Source: Octopus vulgaris
Lineage: Eukaryota
Assembly (NCBI GenBank): GCA_951406725.2
Contig: OX597817.1
Span: 24,676,001 to 24,740,000 of the forward strand
Reading direction: 5' to 3'
DNA: 64,000 nt
Part shown: positions 39,901 to 55,225 of the stretch, in pieces
How positions within the stretch are numbered: position 1 is the first letter of the stretch
Layout of the letters: every line of letters starts with the position of its first letter
The notes under the pieces: generated by a model
What the model saw: the letters and a program-made list of their open reading frames with translations, nothing else
Databases searched by the model: none
Told to the model about the DNA's origin: nothing
Position numbers and translations under genes: made by a program

Positions 39901-42900
39901 TTCTGTCTTTACATTGTCTGTTGTCCTTTAAATTTATTATAAGTACTTATTGCCATACTGTTTATCCATGAATTTGTTCTGTTTCTGTCTTTACATTGTC
40001 TGTTGTCCTTTAAATTTATTATAAGTACTTATTGCCATACTGTTTATCCATGAATTTGTTCTGTTTCTGTCTTTACATTGTCTGTTGTCCTTTAAATTTA
40101 TTATAAGTACTTATTGCCATACTGTTTATCCATGAATTTGTTCTGTTTCTGTCTTTACATTGTCTGTTGTCCTTTAAATTTATTATAAGTACTTATTGCC
40201 ATACTGTTTATCCATGAATTTGTTCTGTTTCTGTCTTTACATTGTCTGTTGTCCTTTAAATTTATTATAAGTACTTATTGCCATACTGTTTATCCATGAA
40301 TTTGTTCTGTTTCTGTCTTTACATTGTCTGTTGTCCTTTAAATTTATTATAAGTACTTATTGCCATACTGTTTATCCATGAATTTGTTCTGTTTCTGTCT
40401 TTACATTGTCTGTTGTCCTTTAAATTTATTATAAGTACTTATTGCCATACTGTTTATCCATGAATTTGTTCTGTTTCTGTCTTTACATTGTCTGTTGTCC
40501 TTTAAATTTATTATAAGTACTTATTGCCATACTGTTTATCCATGAATTTGTTCTGTTTCTGTCTTTACATTGTCTGTTGTCCTTTAAATTTATTATAAGT
40601 ACTTATTGCCATACTGTTTATCCATGAATTTGTTCTGTTTCTGTCTTTACATTGTCTGTTGTCCTTTAAATTTATTATAAGTACTTATTGCCATACTGTT
40701 TATCCATGAATTTGTTCTGTTTCTGTCTTTACATTGTCTGTTGTCCTTTAAATTTATTATAAGTACTTATTGCCATACTGTTTATCCATGAATTTGTTCT
40801 GTTTCTGTCTTTACATTGTCTGTTGTCCTTTAAATTTATTATAAGTACTTATTGCCATACTGTTTATCCATGAATTTGTTCTGTTTCTGTCTTTACATTG
40901 TCTGTTGTCCTTTAAATTTATTATAAGTACTTATTGCCATACTGTTTATCCATGAATTTGTTCTGTTTCTGTCTTTACATTGTCTGTTGTCCTTTAAATT
41001 TATTATAAGTACTTATTGCCATACTGTTTATCCATGAATTTGTTCTGTTTCTGTCTTTACATTGTCTGTTGTCCTTTAAATTTATTATAAGTACTTATTG
41101 CCATACTGTTTATCCATGAATTTGTTCTGTTTCTGTCTTTACATTGTCTGTTGTCCTTTAAATTTATTATAAGTACTTATTGCCATACTGTTTATCCATG
41201 AATTTGTTCTGTTTCTGTCTTTACATTGTCTGTTGTCCCTTTAATTTAATTATAAGTACTTATTGCCATACTGTTTATCCATGAATTTGTTCTGTTTCTG
41301 TCTTTACATTGTCTGTTGTACCTTTAAATTTATTATAAGTACTTATTGCCATACTGTTTATCCATGAATTTGTTCTGTTTCTGTCTTTACATTGTCTGTT
41401 GTCCTTTAAATTTATTATAAGTACTTATTGCCATACTGTTTATCCATGAATTTGTTCTGTTTCTGTCTTTACATTGTCTGTTGTCCTTTAAATTTATTAT
41501 AAGTACTTATTGCCATACTGTTTATCCATGAATTTGTTCTGTTTCTGTCTTTACATTGTCTGTTGTCCTTTAAATTTATTATAAGTACTTATTGCCATAC
41601 TGTTTATCCATGAATTTGTTCTGTTTCTGTCTTTACATTGTCTGTTGTCCTTTAAATTTATTATAAGTACTTATTGCCATACTGTTTATCCATGAATTTG
41701 TTCTGTTTCTGTCTTTACATTGTCTGTTGTCCTTTAAATTTATTATAAGTACTTATTGCCATACTGTTTATCCATGAATTTGTTCTGTTTCTGTCTTTAC
41801 ATTGTCTGTTGTCCTTTAAATTTATTATAAGTACTTATTGCCATACTGTTTATCCATGAATTTGTTCTGTTTCTGTCTTTACATTGTCTGTTGTCCTTTA
41901 AATTTATTATAAGTACTTATTGCCATACTGTTTATCCATGAATTTGTTCTGTTTCTGTCTTTACATTGTCTGTTGTCCTTTAAATTTATTATAAGTACTT
42001 ATTGCCATACTGTTTATCCATGAATTTGTTCTGTTTCTGTCTTTACATTGTCTGTTGTCCTTTAAATTTATTATAAGTACTTATTGCCATACTGTTTATC
42101 CATGAATTTGTTCTGTTTCTGTCTTTACATTGTCTGTTGTCCTTTAAATTTATTATAAGTACTTATTGCCATACTGTTTATCCATGAATTTGTTCTGTTT
42201 CTGTCTTTACATTGTCTGTTGTCCTTTAAATTTATTATAAGTACTTATTGCCATACTGTTTATCCATGAATTTGTTCTGTTTCTGTCTTTACATTGTCTG
42301 TTGTCCTTTAAATTTATTATAAGTACTTATTGCCATACTGTTTATCCATGAATTTGTTCTGTTTCTGTCTTTACATTGTCTGTTGTCCTTTAAATTTATT
42401 ATAAGTACTTATTGCCATACTGTTTATCCATGAATTTGTTCTGTTTCTGTCTTTACATTGTCTGTTGTCCTTTAAATTTATTATAAGTACTTATTGCCAT
42501 ACTGTTTATCCATGAATTTGTTCTGTTTCTGTCTTTACATTGTCTGTTGTCCTTTAAATTTATTATAAGTACTTATTGCCATACTGTTTATCCATGAATT
42601 TGTTCTGTTTCTGTCTTTACATTGTCTGTTGTCCTTTAAATTTATTATAAGTACTTATTGCCATACTGTTTATCCATGAATTTGTTCTGTTTCTGTCTTT
42701 ACATTGTCTGTTGTCCTTTAAATTTATTATAAGTACTTATTGCCATACTGTTTATCCATGAATTTGTTCTGTTTCTGTCTTTACATTGTCTGTTGTCCTT
42801 TAAATTTATTATAAGTACTTATTGCCATACTGTTTATCCATGAATTTGTTCTGTTTCTGTCTTTACATTGTCTGTTGTCCTTTAAATTTATTATAAGTAC

Positions 42901-45900
42901 TTATTGCCATACTGTTTATCCATGAATTTGTTCTGTTTCTGTCTTTACATTGTCTGTTGTCCTTTAAATTTATTATAAGTACTTATTGCCATACTGTTTA
43001 TCCATGAATTTGTTCTGTTTCTGTCTTTACATTGTCTGTTGTCCTTTAAATTTATTATAAGTACTTATTGCCATACTGTTTATCCATGAATTTGTTCTGT
43101 TTCTGTCTTTACATTGTCTGTTGTCCTTTAAATTTATTATAAGTACTTATTGCCATACTGTTTATCCATGAATTTGTTCTGTTTCTGTCTTTACATTGTC
43201 TGTTGTCCTTTAAATTTATTATAAGTACTTATTGCCATACTGTTTATCCATGAATTTGTTCTTTTTCTGTCTTTACATTGTCTGTTGTCCTTTAAATTTA
43301 TTATAAGTACTTATTGCCATACTGTTTATCCATGAATTTGTTCTGTTTCTGTATTTACATTGTCTGTTGTCCTTTGAATTTATTATAAGTACTTATTGCC
43401 ATACTGTTTACCCATGAATTTGTTCTGTTTCTGTCTTTACATTGTCTGTTGTCCTTTAAATTTATTATAAGTACTTATTGCCATACTGTTTATCCATGAA
43501 TTTGTTCTGTTTCTGTCTTTACATTGTCTGTTGTCCTTTAAATTTATTATAAGTACTTATTGCCATACTGTTTATCCATGAATTTGTTCTGTTTCTGTCT
43601 TTACATTGTCTGTTGTCCTTTAAATTTATTATAAGTACTTATTGCCATACTGTTTATCCATGAATTTGTTCTGTTTCTGTCTTTACATTGTCTGTTGTCC
43701 TTTAAATTTATTATAAGTACTTATTGCCATACTGTTTATCCATGAATTTGTTCTGTTTCTGTCTTTACATTGTCTGTTGTCCTTTAAATTTATTATAAGT
43801 ACTTATTGCCATACTGTTTATCCATGAATTTGTTCTGTTTCTGTCTTTACATTGTCTGTTGTCCTTTAAATTTATTATAAGTACTTATTGCCATACTGTT
43901 TATCCATGAATTTGTTCTGTTTCTGTCTTTACATTGTCTGTTGTCCTTTAAATTTATTATAAGTACTTATTGCCATACTGTTTATCCATGAATTTGTTCT
44001 GTTTCTGTCTTTACATTGTCTGTTGTCCTTTAAATTTATTATAAGTACTTATTGCCATACTGTTTATCCATGAATTTGTTCTGTTTCTGTCTTTACATTG
44101 TCTGTTGTCCTTTAAATTTATTATAAGTACTTATTGCCATACTGTTTATCCATGAATTTGTTCTGTTTCTGTCTTTACATTGTCTGTTGTCCTTTAAATT
44201 TATTATAAGTACTTATTGCCATACTGTTTATCCATGAATTTGTTCTGTTTCTGTCTTTACATTGTCTGTTGTCCTTTAAATTTATTATAAGTACTTATTG
44301 CCATACTGTTTATCCATGAATTTGTTCTGTTTCTGTCTTTACATTGTCTGTTGTCCTTTAAATTTATTATAAGTACTTATTGCCATACTGTTTATCCATG
44401 AATTTGTTCTGTTTCTGTCTTTACATTGTCTGTTGTCCTTTAAATTTATTATAAGTACTTATTGCCATACTGTTTATCCATGAATTTGTTCTGTTTCTGT
44501 CTTTACATTGTCTGTTGTCCTTTAAATTTATTATAAGTACTTATTGCCATACTGTTTATCCATGAATTTGTTCTGTTTCTGTCTTTACATTGTCTGTTGT
44601 CCTTTAAATTTATTATAAGTACTTATTGCCATACTGTTTATCCATGAATTTGTTCTGTTTCTGTCTTTACATTGTCTGTTGTCCTTTAAATTTATTATAA
44701 GTACTTATTGCCATACTGTTTATCCATGAATTTGTTCTGTTTCTGTCTTTACATTGTCTGTTGTCCTTTAAATTTATTATAAGTACTTATTGCCATACTT
44801 TTGTCCATAAATTTGTGCTTTTTCAGTCTTTACATTGTCTGTTTTTCCTTTAAATTAACTGTAAGTACTTATTGCCATACTGTTTATCCATGAATTTGTT
44901 CTGTTTCTGTCTTTACATTGTCTGTTGTCCTTTAAATTTATTATAAGTACTTATTGCCATACTGTTTATCCATGAATTTGTTCTGTTTCTGTCTTTACAT
45001 TGTCTGTTGTCCTTTAAATTTATTATAAGTACTTATTGCCATACTGTTTATCCATGAATTTGTTCTGTTTCTGTCTTTACATTGTCTGTTGTCCTTTAAA
45101 TTTATTATAAGTACTTATTGCCATACTGTTTATCCATGAATTTGTTCTGTTTCTGTCTTTACATTGTCTGTTGTCCTTTAAATTTATTATAAGTACTTAT
45201 TGCCATACTGTTTATCCATGAATTTGTTCTGTTTCTGTCTTTACATTGTCTGTTGTCCTTTAAATTTATTATAAGTACTTATTGCCATACTGTTTATCCA
45301 TGAATTTGTTCTGTTTCTGTCTTTACATTGTCTGTTGTCCTTTAAATTTATTATAAGTAATTATTGCCATACTTTTGTCCATAAATTTGTTCTTTTTCAG
45401 TCTTTACATTGTCTGTTGTTCCTTTAAATTAACTGTAAGTACTTATTGCCATACTGTTTATCCATGAATTTGTTCTGTTTCTGTCTTTACATTGTCTGTT
45501 GTCCTTTAAATTTATTATAAGTACTTATTGCCATACTGTTTATCCATGAATTTGTTCTGTTTCTGTCTTTACATTGTCTGTTGTCCTTTAAATTTATTAT
45601 AAGTACTTATTGCCATACTGTTTATCCATGAATTTGTTCTGTTTCTGTCTTTACATTGTCTGTTGTCCTTTAAATTTATTATAAGTACTTATTGCCATAC
45701 TGTTTATCCATGAATTTGTTCTGTTTCTGTCTTTACATTGTCTGTTGTCCTTTAAATTTATTATAAGTACTTATTGCCATACTGTTTATCCATGAATTTG
45801 TTCTGTTTCTGTCTTTACATTGTCTGTTGTCCTTTAAATTTATTATAAGTACTTATTGCCATACTGTTTATCCATGAATTTGTTCTGTTTCTGTCTTTAC

Positions 45901-48900
45901 ATTGTCTGTTGTCCTTTAAATTTATTATAAGTACTTATTGCCATACTGTTTATCCATGAATTTGTTCTGTTTCTGTCTTTACATTGTCTGTTGTCCTTTA
46001 AATTTATTATAAGTACTTATTGCCATACTGTTTATCCATGAATTTGTTCTGTTTCTGTCTTTACATTGTCTGTTGTCCTTTAAATTTATTATAAGTACTT
46101 ATTGCCATACTGTTTATCCATGAATTTGTTCTGTTTCTGTCTTTACATTGTCTGTTGTCCTTTAAATTTATTATAAGTACTTATTGCCATACTGTTTATC
46201 CATGAATTTGTTCTGTTTCTGTCTTTACATTGTCTGTTGTTCCTTTAAATTTATTATAAGTACTTATTGCCATACTGTTTATCCATGAATTTGTTCTGTT
46301 TCTCTATTTACATTGTCTGTTGTCCCTTTAATTTAATTATAAGTACTTATTGCCATACTGTTTATCCATGAATATTGTTCTGTTTCTGTCTTTACATTAT
46401 CTGTTTGTCCTTTAAATTTATTATAAGTACATATTGCCATACTGTTTATCCATGAATTTGTTCTGTTTCTGTATTTACATTGTCTGTTGTCCTTTGAATT
46501 TATTATAAGTACTTATTGCCATACTGTTTACCCATGAATTTGTTCTGTTTCTGTCTTTTCATTGTCTGTTGTCCTTTAAATTTATTATAAGTACTTATTG
46601 CCATACTGTTTATCCATGAATTTGTTCTGTTTCTGTCTTTACATTGTCTGTTGTCCTTTAAATTTATTATAAGTACTTATTGCCATACTGTTTATCCATG
46701 AATTTGTTCTGTTTCTGTCTTTACATTGTCTGTTGTCCATTAAATTTAATTATAAGTACTTATTGCAATACTGTTTATCCATGAATTTGTTCTGTTTCTG
46801 TCTTTACATTGTCTGTTGTCCTTTAAATTTATTATAAGTACTTATTGCCATACTGTTTATCCATGAATTTGTTCTGTTTCTGTCTTTACATTGTCTGTTG
46901 TCCTTTAAATTTATTATAAGTACTTATTGCCATACTACTGTTTATCCATGAATTTGTTCTGTTTCTGTCTTTACATTGTCTGTTGTACCTTTAAATTTAT
47001 TATAAGTACTTATTGCCATACTGTTTATCCATGAATTTGTTCTGTTTCTGTCTTTACATTGTCTGTTGTCCTTTAAATTTATTATAAGTACTTATTGCCA
47101 TACTGTTTATCCATGAATTTGTTCTGTTTCTGTCTTTACATTGTCTGTTGTCCTTTAAATTTATTATAAGTACTTATTGCCATACTGTTTATCCATGAAT
47201 TTGTTCTGTTTCTGTCTTTACATTGTCTGTTGTCCTTTAAATTTATTATAAGTACTTATTGCCATACTGTTTATCCATGAATTTGTTCTGTTTCTGTCTT
47301 TACATTGTCTGTTGTCCTTTAAATTTATTATAAGTACTTATTGCCATACTGTTTATCCATGAATTTGTTCTGTTTCTGTCTTTACATTGTCTGTTGTCCT
47401 TTAAATTTATTATAAGTACTTATTGCCATACTGTTTATCCATGAATTTGTTCTGTTTCTGTCTTTACATTGTCTGTTGTCCTTTAAATTTATTATAAGTA
47501 CTTATTGCCATACTGTTTATCCATGAATTTGTTCTGTTTCTGTCTTTACATTGTCTGTTGTCCTTTAAATTTATTATAAGTACTTATTGCCATACTGTTT
47601 ATCCATGAATTTGTTCTGTTTCTGTCTTTACATTGTCTGTTGTCCTTTAAATTTATTATAAGTACTTATTGCCATACTGTTTATCCATGAATTTGTTCTG
47701 TTTCTGTCTTTACATTGTCTGTTGTCCTTTAAATTTATTATAAGTACTTATTGCCATACTGTTTATCCATGAATTTGTTCTGTTTCTGTCTTTACATTGT
47801 CTGTTGTCCTTTAAATTTATTATAAGTACTTATTGCCATACTGTTTATCCATGAATTTGTTCTGTTTCTGTCTTTACATTGTCTGTTGTCCTTTAAATTT
47901 ATTATAAGTACTTATTGCCATACTGTTTATCCATGAATTTGTTCTGTTTCTGTCTTTACATTGTCTGTTGTCCTTTAAATTAATTATAAGTACTTATTGC
48001 CATACTGTTTATCCATGAATTTGTTCTGTTTCTGTCTTTACATTGTCTGTTGTCCTTTAAATTTATTATAAGTACTTATTGCCATACTGTTTATCCATGA
48101 ATTTGTTCTGTTTCTGTCTTTACATTGTCTGTTGTCCTTTAAATTTATTATAAGTACTTATTGCCATACTGTTTATCCATGAATTTGTTCTGTTTCTGTC
48201 TTTACATTGTCTGTTGTCCTTTAAATTTATTATAAGTACTTATTGCCATACTGTTTATCCATGAATTTGTTCTGTTTCTGTCTTTACATTGTCTGTTGTC
48301 CTTTAAATTTATTATAAGTACTTATTGCCATACTGTTTATCCATGAATTTGTTCTGTTTCTGTCTTTACATTGTCTGTTGTCCTTTAAATTTATTATAAG
48401 TACTTATTGCCATACTGTTTATCCATGAATTTGTTCTGTTTCTGTCTTTACATTGTCTGTTGTCCTTTAAATTTATTATAAGTACTTATTGCCATACTGT
48501 TTATCCATGAATTTGTTCTGTTTCTGTCTTTACATTGTCTGTTGTCCTTTAAATTTATTATAAGTACTTATTGCCATACTGTTTATCCATGAATTTGTTC
48601 TGTTTCTGTCTTTACATTGTCTGTTGTCCTTTAAATTTATTATAAGTACTTATTGCCATACTGTTTATCCATGAATTTGTTCTGTTTCTGTCTTTACATT
48701 GTCTGTTGTCCTTTAAATTTATTATAAGTACTTATTGCCATACTGTTTATCCATGAATTTGTTCTGTTTCTGTCTTTACATTGTCTGTTGTCCTTTAAAT
48801 TTATTATAAGTACTTATTGCCATACTGTTTATCCATGAATTTGTTCTGTTTCTGTCTTTACATTGTCTGTTGTCCTTTAAATTTATTATAAGTACTTATT

Positions 48901-51900
48901 GCCATACTGTTTATCCATGAATTTGTTCTGTTTCTGTCTTTACATTGTCTGTTGTCCTTTAAATTTATTATAAGTACTTATTGCCATACTGTTTATCCAT
49001 GAATTTGTTCTGTTTCTGTCTTTACATTGTCTGTTGTCCTTTAAATTTATTATAAGTACTTATTGCCATACTGTTTATCCATGAATTTGTTCTGTTTCTG
49101 TCTTTACATTGTCTGTTGTCCTTTAAATTTATTATAAGTACTTATTGCCATACTGTTTATCCATGAATTTGTTCTGTTTCTGTCTTTACATTGTCTGTTG
49201 TCCTTTAAATTTATTATAAGTACTTATTGCCATACTGTTTATCCATGAATTTGTTCTGTTTCTGTCTTTACATTGTCTGTTGTCCTTTAAATTTATTATA
49301 AGTACTTATTGCCATACTGTTTATCCATGAATTTGTTCTGTTTCTGTCTTTACATTGTCTGTTGTCCTTTAAATTTATTATAAGTACTTATTGCCATACT
49401 GTTTATCCATGAATTTGTTCTGTTTCTGTCTTTACATTGTCTGTTGTCCTTTAAATTTATTATAAGTACTTATTGCCATACTGTTTATCCATGAATTTGT
49501 TCTGTTTCTGTCTTTACATTGTCTGTTGTCCTTTAAATTAAATGTAAGTACTTATTGCCATACTATTTTCACCATCAATTTGTTGTTTTTCAGTCTTACC
49601 CTAAGTCTTCTTTATCCTCTAAATTAACTGTAAGTACTTATTGCCATACTGTTTTCACCATCATATTGTTCTTTTTCAGTCTTCCATATGTGTGTTTATC
49701 CTTTAAATTTATTATAAGTACTTATTGCCATACTGTTTATCCATGAATTTGTTCTGTTTCTGTCTTTACATTGTCTGTTGTCCTTTAAATTTATTATAAG
49801 TACTTATTGCCATACTGTTTATCCATGAATTTGTTCTGTTTCTGTCTTTACATTGTCTGTTGTCCTTTAAATTTATTATAAGTACTTATTGCCATACTGT
49901 TTATCCATGAATTTGTTCTGTTTCTGTCTTTACATTGTCTGTTGTCCTTTAAATTTATTATAAGTACTTATTGCCATACTGTTTATCCATGAATTTGTTC
50001 TGTTTCTGTCTTTACATTGTCTGTTGTCCTTTAAATTTATTATAAGTACTTATTGCCATACTGTTTATCCATGAATTTGTTCTGTTTCTGTCTTTACATT
50101 GTCTGTTGTCCTTTAAATTTATTATAAGTACTTATTGCCATACTGTTTATCCATGAATTTGTTCTGTTTCTGTCTTTACATTGTCTGTTGTCCTTTAAAT
50201 TTATTATAAGTACTTATTGCCATACTGTTTATCCATGAATTTGTTCTGTTTCTGTCTTTACATTGTCTGTTGTCCTTTAAATTTATTATAAGTACTTATT
50301 GCCATACTGTTTATCCATGAATTTGTTCTGTTTCTGTCTTTACATTGTCTGTTGTCCTTTAAATTTATTATAAGTACTTATTGCCATACTGTTTATCCAT
50401 GAATTTGTTCTGTTTCTGTCTTTACATTGTCTGTTGTCCTTTAAATTTATTATAAGTACTTATTGCCATACTGTTTATCCATGAATTTGTTCTGTTTCTG
50501 TCTTTACATTGTCTGTTGTCCTTTAAATTTATTATAAGTACTTATTGCCATACTGTTTATCCATGAATTTGTTCTGTTTCTGTCTTTACATTGTCTGTTG
50601 TTCCTTTAAATTTATTATAAGTACTTATTGCCATACTGTTTATCCATGAATTTGTTCTGTTTCTGTCTTTACATTGTCTGTTGTCCTTTAAATTTATTAT
50701 AAGTACTTATTGCCATACTGTTTATCCATGAATTTGTTCTGTTTCTGTCTTTACATTGTCTGTTGTCCTTTAAATTTATTATAAGTACTTATTGCCATAC
50801 TGTTTATCCATGAATTTGTTCTGTTTCTGTCTTTACATTGTCTGTTGTCCTTTAAATTTATTATAAGTACTTATTGCCATACTGTTTATCCATGAATTTG
50901 TTCTGTTTCTGTCTTTACATTGTCTGTTGTCCTTTAAATTTATTATAAGTACTTATTGCCATACTGTTTATCCATGAATTTGTTCTGTTTCTGTCTTTAC
51001 ATTGTCTGTTGTCCTTTAAATTTATTATAAGTACTTATTGCCATACTGTTTATCCATGAATTTGTTCTGTTTCTGTCTTTACATTGTCTGTTGTCCTTTA
51101 AATTTATTATAAGTACTTATTGCCATACTGTTTATCCATGAATTTGTTCTGTTTCTGTCTTTACATTGTCTGTTGTCCTTTAAATTTATTATAAGTACTT
51201 ATTGCCATACTGTTTATCCATGAATTTGTTCTGTTTCTGTCTTTACATTGTCTGTTGTCCTTTAAATTTATTATAAGTACTTATTGCCATACTGTTTATC
51301 CATGAATTTGTTCTGTTTCTGTCTTTACATTGTCTGTTGTCCTTTAAATTTATTATAAGTACTTATTGCCATACTGTTTATCCATGAATTTGTTCTGTTT
51401 CTGTCTTTACATTGTCTGTTGTCCTTTAAATTTATTATAAGTACTTATTGCCATACTGTTTATCCATGAATTTGTTCTGTTTCTGTCTTTACATTGTCTG
51501 TTGTCCTTTAAATTTATTATAAGTACTTATTGCCATACTGTTTATCCATGAATTTGTTCTGTTTCTGTCTTTACATTGTCTGTTGTCCTTTAAATTTATT
51601 ATAAGTACTTATTGCCATACTGTTTATCCATGAATTTGTTCTGTTTCTGTCTTTACATTGTCTGTTGTCCTTTAAATTTATTATAAGTACTTATTGCCAT
51701 ACTGTTTATCCATGAATTTGTTCTGTTTCTGTCTTTACATTGTCTGTTGTCCTTTAAATTTATTATAAGTACTTATTGCCATACTGTTTATCCATGAATT
51801 TGTTCTGTTTCTGTCTTTACATTGTCTGCTTTATCCTGTAAATTAACTGTAAGTACTTATTGCCATACTGTTTTCACCATCATATTGTTCTGTTTCTGTC

Positions 51901-54460
51901 TTTACATTGTCTGTTGTCCTTTAAATTTATTATAAGTACTTATTGCCATACTGTTTATCCATGAATTTGTTCTTTTTCTGTCTTTACATTGTCTGTTGTC
52001 CTTTAAATTTATTATAAGTACTTATTGCCATACTGTTTATCCATGAATTTGTTCTGTTTCTGTCTTTACATTGTCTGTTGTCCTTTAAATTTATTATAAG
52101 TACTTATTGCCATACTGTTTATCCATGAATTTGTTCTGTTTCTGTCTTTACATTGTCTGTTGTCCTTTAAATTTATTATAAGTACTTATTGCCATACTGT
52201 TTATCCATGAATTTGTTCTGTTTCTGTCTTTACATTGTCTGTTGTCCTTTAAATTTATTATAAGTACTTATTGCCATACTGTTTATCCATGAATTTGTTC
52301 TGTTTCTGTCTTTACATTGTCTGTTGTCCTTTAAATTTATTATAAGTACTTATTGCCATACTGTTTATCCATGAATTTGTTCTGTTTCTGTCTTTACATT
52401 GTCTGTTGTCCTTTAAATTTATTATAAGTACTTATTGCCATACTGTTTATCCATGAATTTGTTCTGTTTCTGTCTTTACATTGTCTGTTGTCCTTTAAAT
52501 TTATTATAAGTACTTATTGCCATACTGTTTATCCATGAATTTGTTCTGTTTCTGTCTTTACATTGTCTGTTGTCCTTTAAATTTATTATAAGTACTTATT
52601 GCCATACTGTTTATCCATGAATTTGTTCTGTTTCTGTCTTTACATTGTCTGTTGTCCTTTAAATTTATTATAAGTACTTATTGCCATACTGTTTATCCAT
52701 GAATTTGTTCTGTTTCTGTCTTTACATTGTCTGTTGTCCTTTAAATTTATTATAAGTACTTATTGCCATACTGTTTATCCATGAATTTGTTCTGTTTCTG
52801 TCTTTACATTGTCTGTTGTCCTTTAAATTTATTATAAGTACTTATTGCCATACTGTTTATCCATGAATTTGTTCTGTTTCTGTCTTTACATTGTCTGTTG
52901 TCCTTTAAATTTATTATAAGTACTTATTGCCATACTGTTTATCCATGAATTTGTTCTGTTTCTGTCTTTACATTGTCTGTTGTCCTTTAAATTTATTATA
53001 AGTACTTATTGCCATACTGTTTATCCATGAATTTGTTCTGTTTCTGTCTTTACATTGTCTGTTGTCCTTTAAATTTATTATAAGTACTTATTGCCATACT
53101 GTTTATCCATGAATTTGTTCTGTTTCTGTCTTTACATTGTCTGTTGTCCTTTAAATTTATTATAAGTACTTATTGCCATACTGTTTATCCATGAATTTGT
53201 TCTGTTTCTGTCTTTACATTGTCTGTTGTCCTTTAAATTTATTATAAGTACTTATTGCCATACTGTTTATCCATGAATTTGTTCTGTTTCTGTCTTTACA
53301 TTGTCTGTTGTCCTTTAAATTTATTATAAGTACTTATTGCCATACTGTTTATCCATGAATTTGTTCTGTTTCTGTCTTTACATTGTCTGTTGTCCTTTAA
53401 ATTTATTATAAGTACTTATTGCCATACTGTTTATCCATGAATTTGTTCTGTTTCTGTCTTTACATTGTCTGTTGTCCTTTAAATTTATTATAAGTACTTA
53501 TTGCCATACTGTTTATCCATGAATTTGTTCTGTTTCTGTCTTTACATTGTCTGTTGTCCTTTAAATTTATTATAAGTACTTATTGCCATACTGTTTATCC
53601 ATGAATTTGTTCTGTTTCTGTCTTTACATTGTCTGTTGTCCTTTAAATTTATTATAAGTACTTATTGCCATACTGTTTATCCATGAATTTGTTCTGTTTC
53701 TGTCTTTACATTGTCTGTTGTCCTTTAAATTTATTATAAGTACTTATTGCCATACTGTTTATCCATGAATTTGTTCTGTTTCTGTCTTTACATTGTCTGT
53801 TGTCCTTTAAATTTATTATAAGTACTTATTGCCATACTGTTTATCCATGAATTTGTTCTGTTTCTGTCTTTACATTGTCTGTTGTCCTTTAAATTTATTA
53901 TAAGTACTTATTGCCATACTGTAAGTACTTATTGCCATCCTGTTTATCCATGATTTGTTCTGTTTCTGTCTTTACATTGTCTGTTGTCCTTTAAATTTAT
54001 TATAAGTACTTATTGCCATACTGTTTATCCATGAATTTGTTCTGTTTCTGTCTTTACATTGTCTGTTGTCCTTTAAATTTATTATAAGTACTTATTGCCA
54101 TACTGTTTATCCATGAATTTGTTCTTTTTCTGTCTTTACATTGTCTGTTGTATCCTTTAAATTTATTATAAGTACTTATTGCCATACTGTTTATCCATGA
54201 TATTTGTTCTGTTTCTGTCTTTACATTGTCTGTTGTATCCTTTAAATTTATTATAAGTACTTATTGCCATACTGTTTACCATGAATTTGTTCTGTTTCTG
54301 TCTTTACATTGTCTGTTGTCCTTTAAATTTATTATAAGTACTTATTGCCATACTGTTTATCCATGAATTTGTTCTTTTTCTGTCTTTACATTGTCTGTTG
54401 TCCTTTAAATTTATTATAAGTACTTATTGCCATACTGTTTACCATGAATTTGTTCTTTTT
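30901..54460 (+). repeat. Satellite subfamily C core (82 bp), highly homogeneous
   Basis: Consensus ataagtacttattgccatactgtttatccatgaatttgttctgtttctgtctttacattgtctgttgtcctttaaatttatt; 37141 to 37551 is 5 x 82 bp. Confidence 0.95.
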
Positions 54461-55125
54461 CTGTCTTCCTTGTCTGCTTTATCCTGTAAATTAACTGTAA
54501 GTACTTATTGCCATACTGTTTTCACCATCATATTGTTCTTTTTCAGTCTTCTTTGTCTGCTTTATCCTGTAAATTAACTGTAAGTACTTATTGCCATACT
54601 GTTTTCACCATCATATTGTTATTTTTCAGTCTTTACATTGTCTGCTTTATCCTTTAAATTAACTGTAAGTACTTATTGCCATACTGTTTATCCATCATAT
54701 TGTTCTTTTTCAGTCTTTACTTGTCTGCTTTATCCTTTAAATTTATTATAAGTACTTATTGCCATACTGTTTTCACCATCATATTGTTCTTTTTCAGTCT
54801 TCCTTGTCTGCTTTATCCTGTAAATTAACTGTAAGTACTTATTGCCATACTGTTTTCACCATCATATTGTTCTTTTTCAGTCTTCCTTGTCTGCTTTATC
54901 CTGTAAATTAACTGTAAGTACTTATTGCCATACTGTTTTGACCATCATATTGTTCTTTTTCAGTCTTCCTTGTCTGCTTTATCCTGTAAATTAACTGTAA
55001 GTACTTATTGCCATACTGTTTTCACCATCATATTGTTCTTTTTCAGTCTTCCTTGTCTGCTTTATCCTGTAAATTAACTGTAAGTACTTATTGCCATACT
55101 GTTTTCACCATCATATTGCCATACT
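54461..55125 (+). repeat. Satellite subfamily A block 3
   Basis: Return to the A consensus immediately before the gap. Confidence 0.9.
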
Positions 55126-55225
55126 NNNNNNNNNNNNNNNNNNNNNNNNNNNNNNNNNNNNNNNNNNNNNNNNNNNNNNNNNNNNNNNNNNNNNNNNNNN
55201 NNNNNNNNNNNNNNNNNNNNNNNNN
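55126..55225. other. Assembly gap (100 N, probably a placeholder of unknown size)
   Basis: Run of exactly 100 N. Confidence 0.99.
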
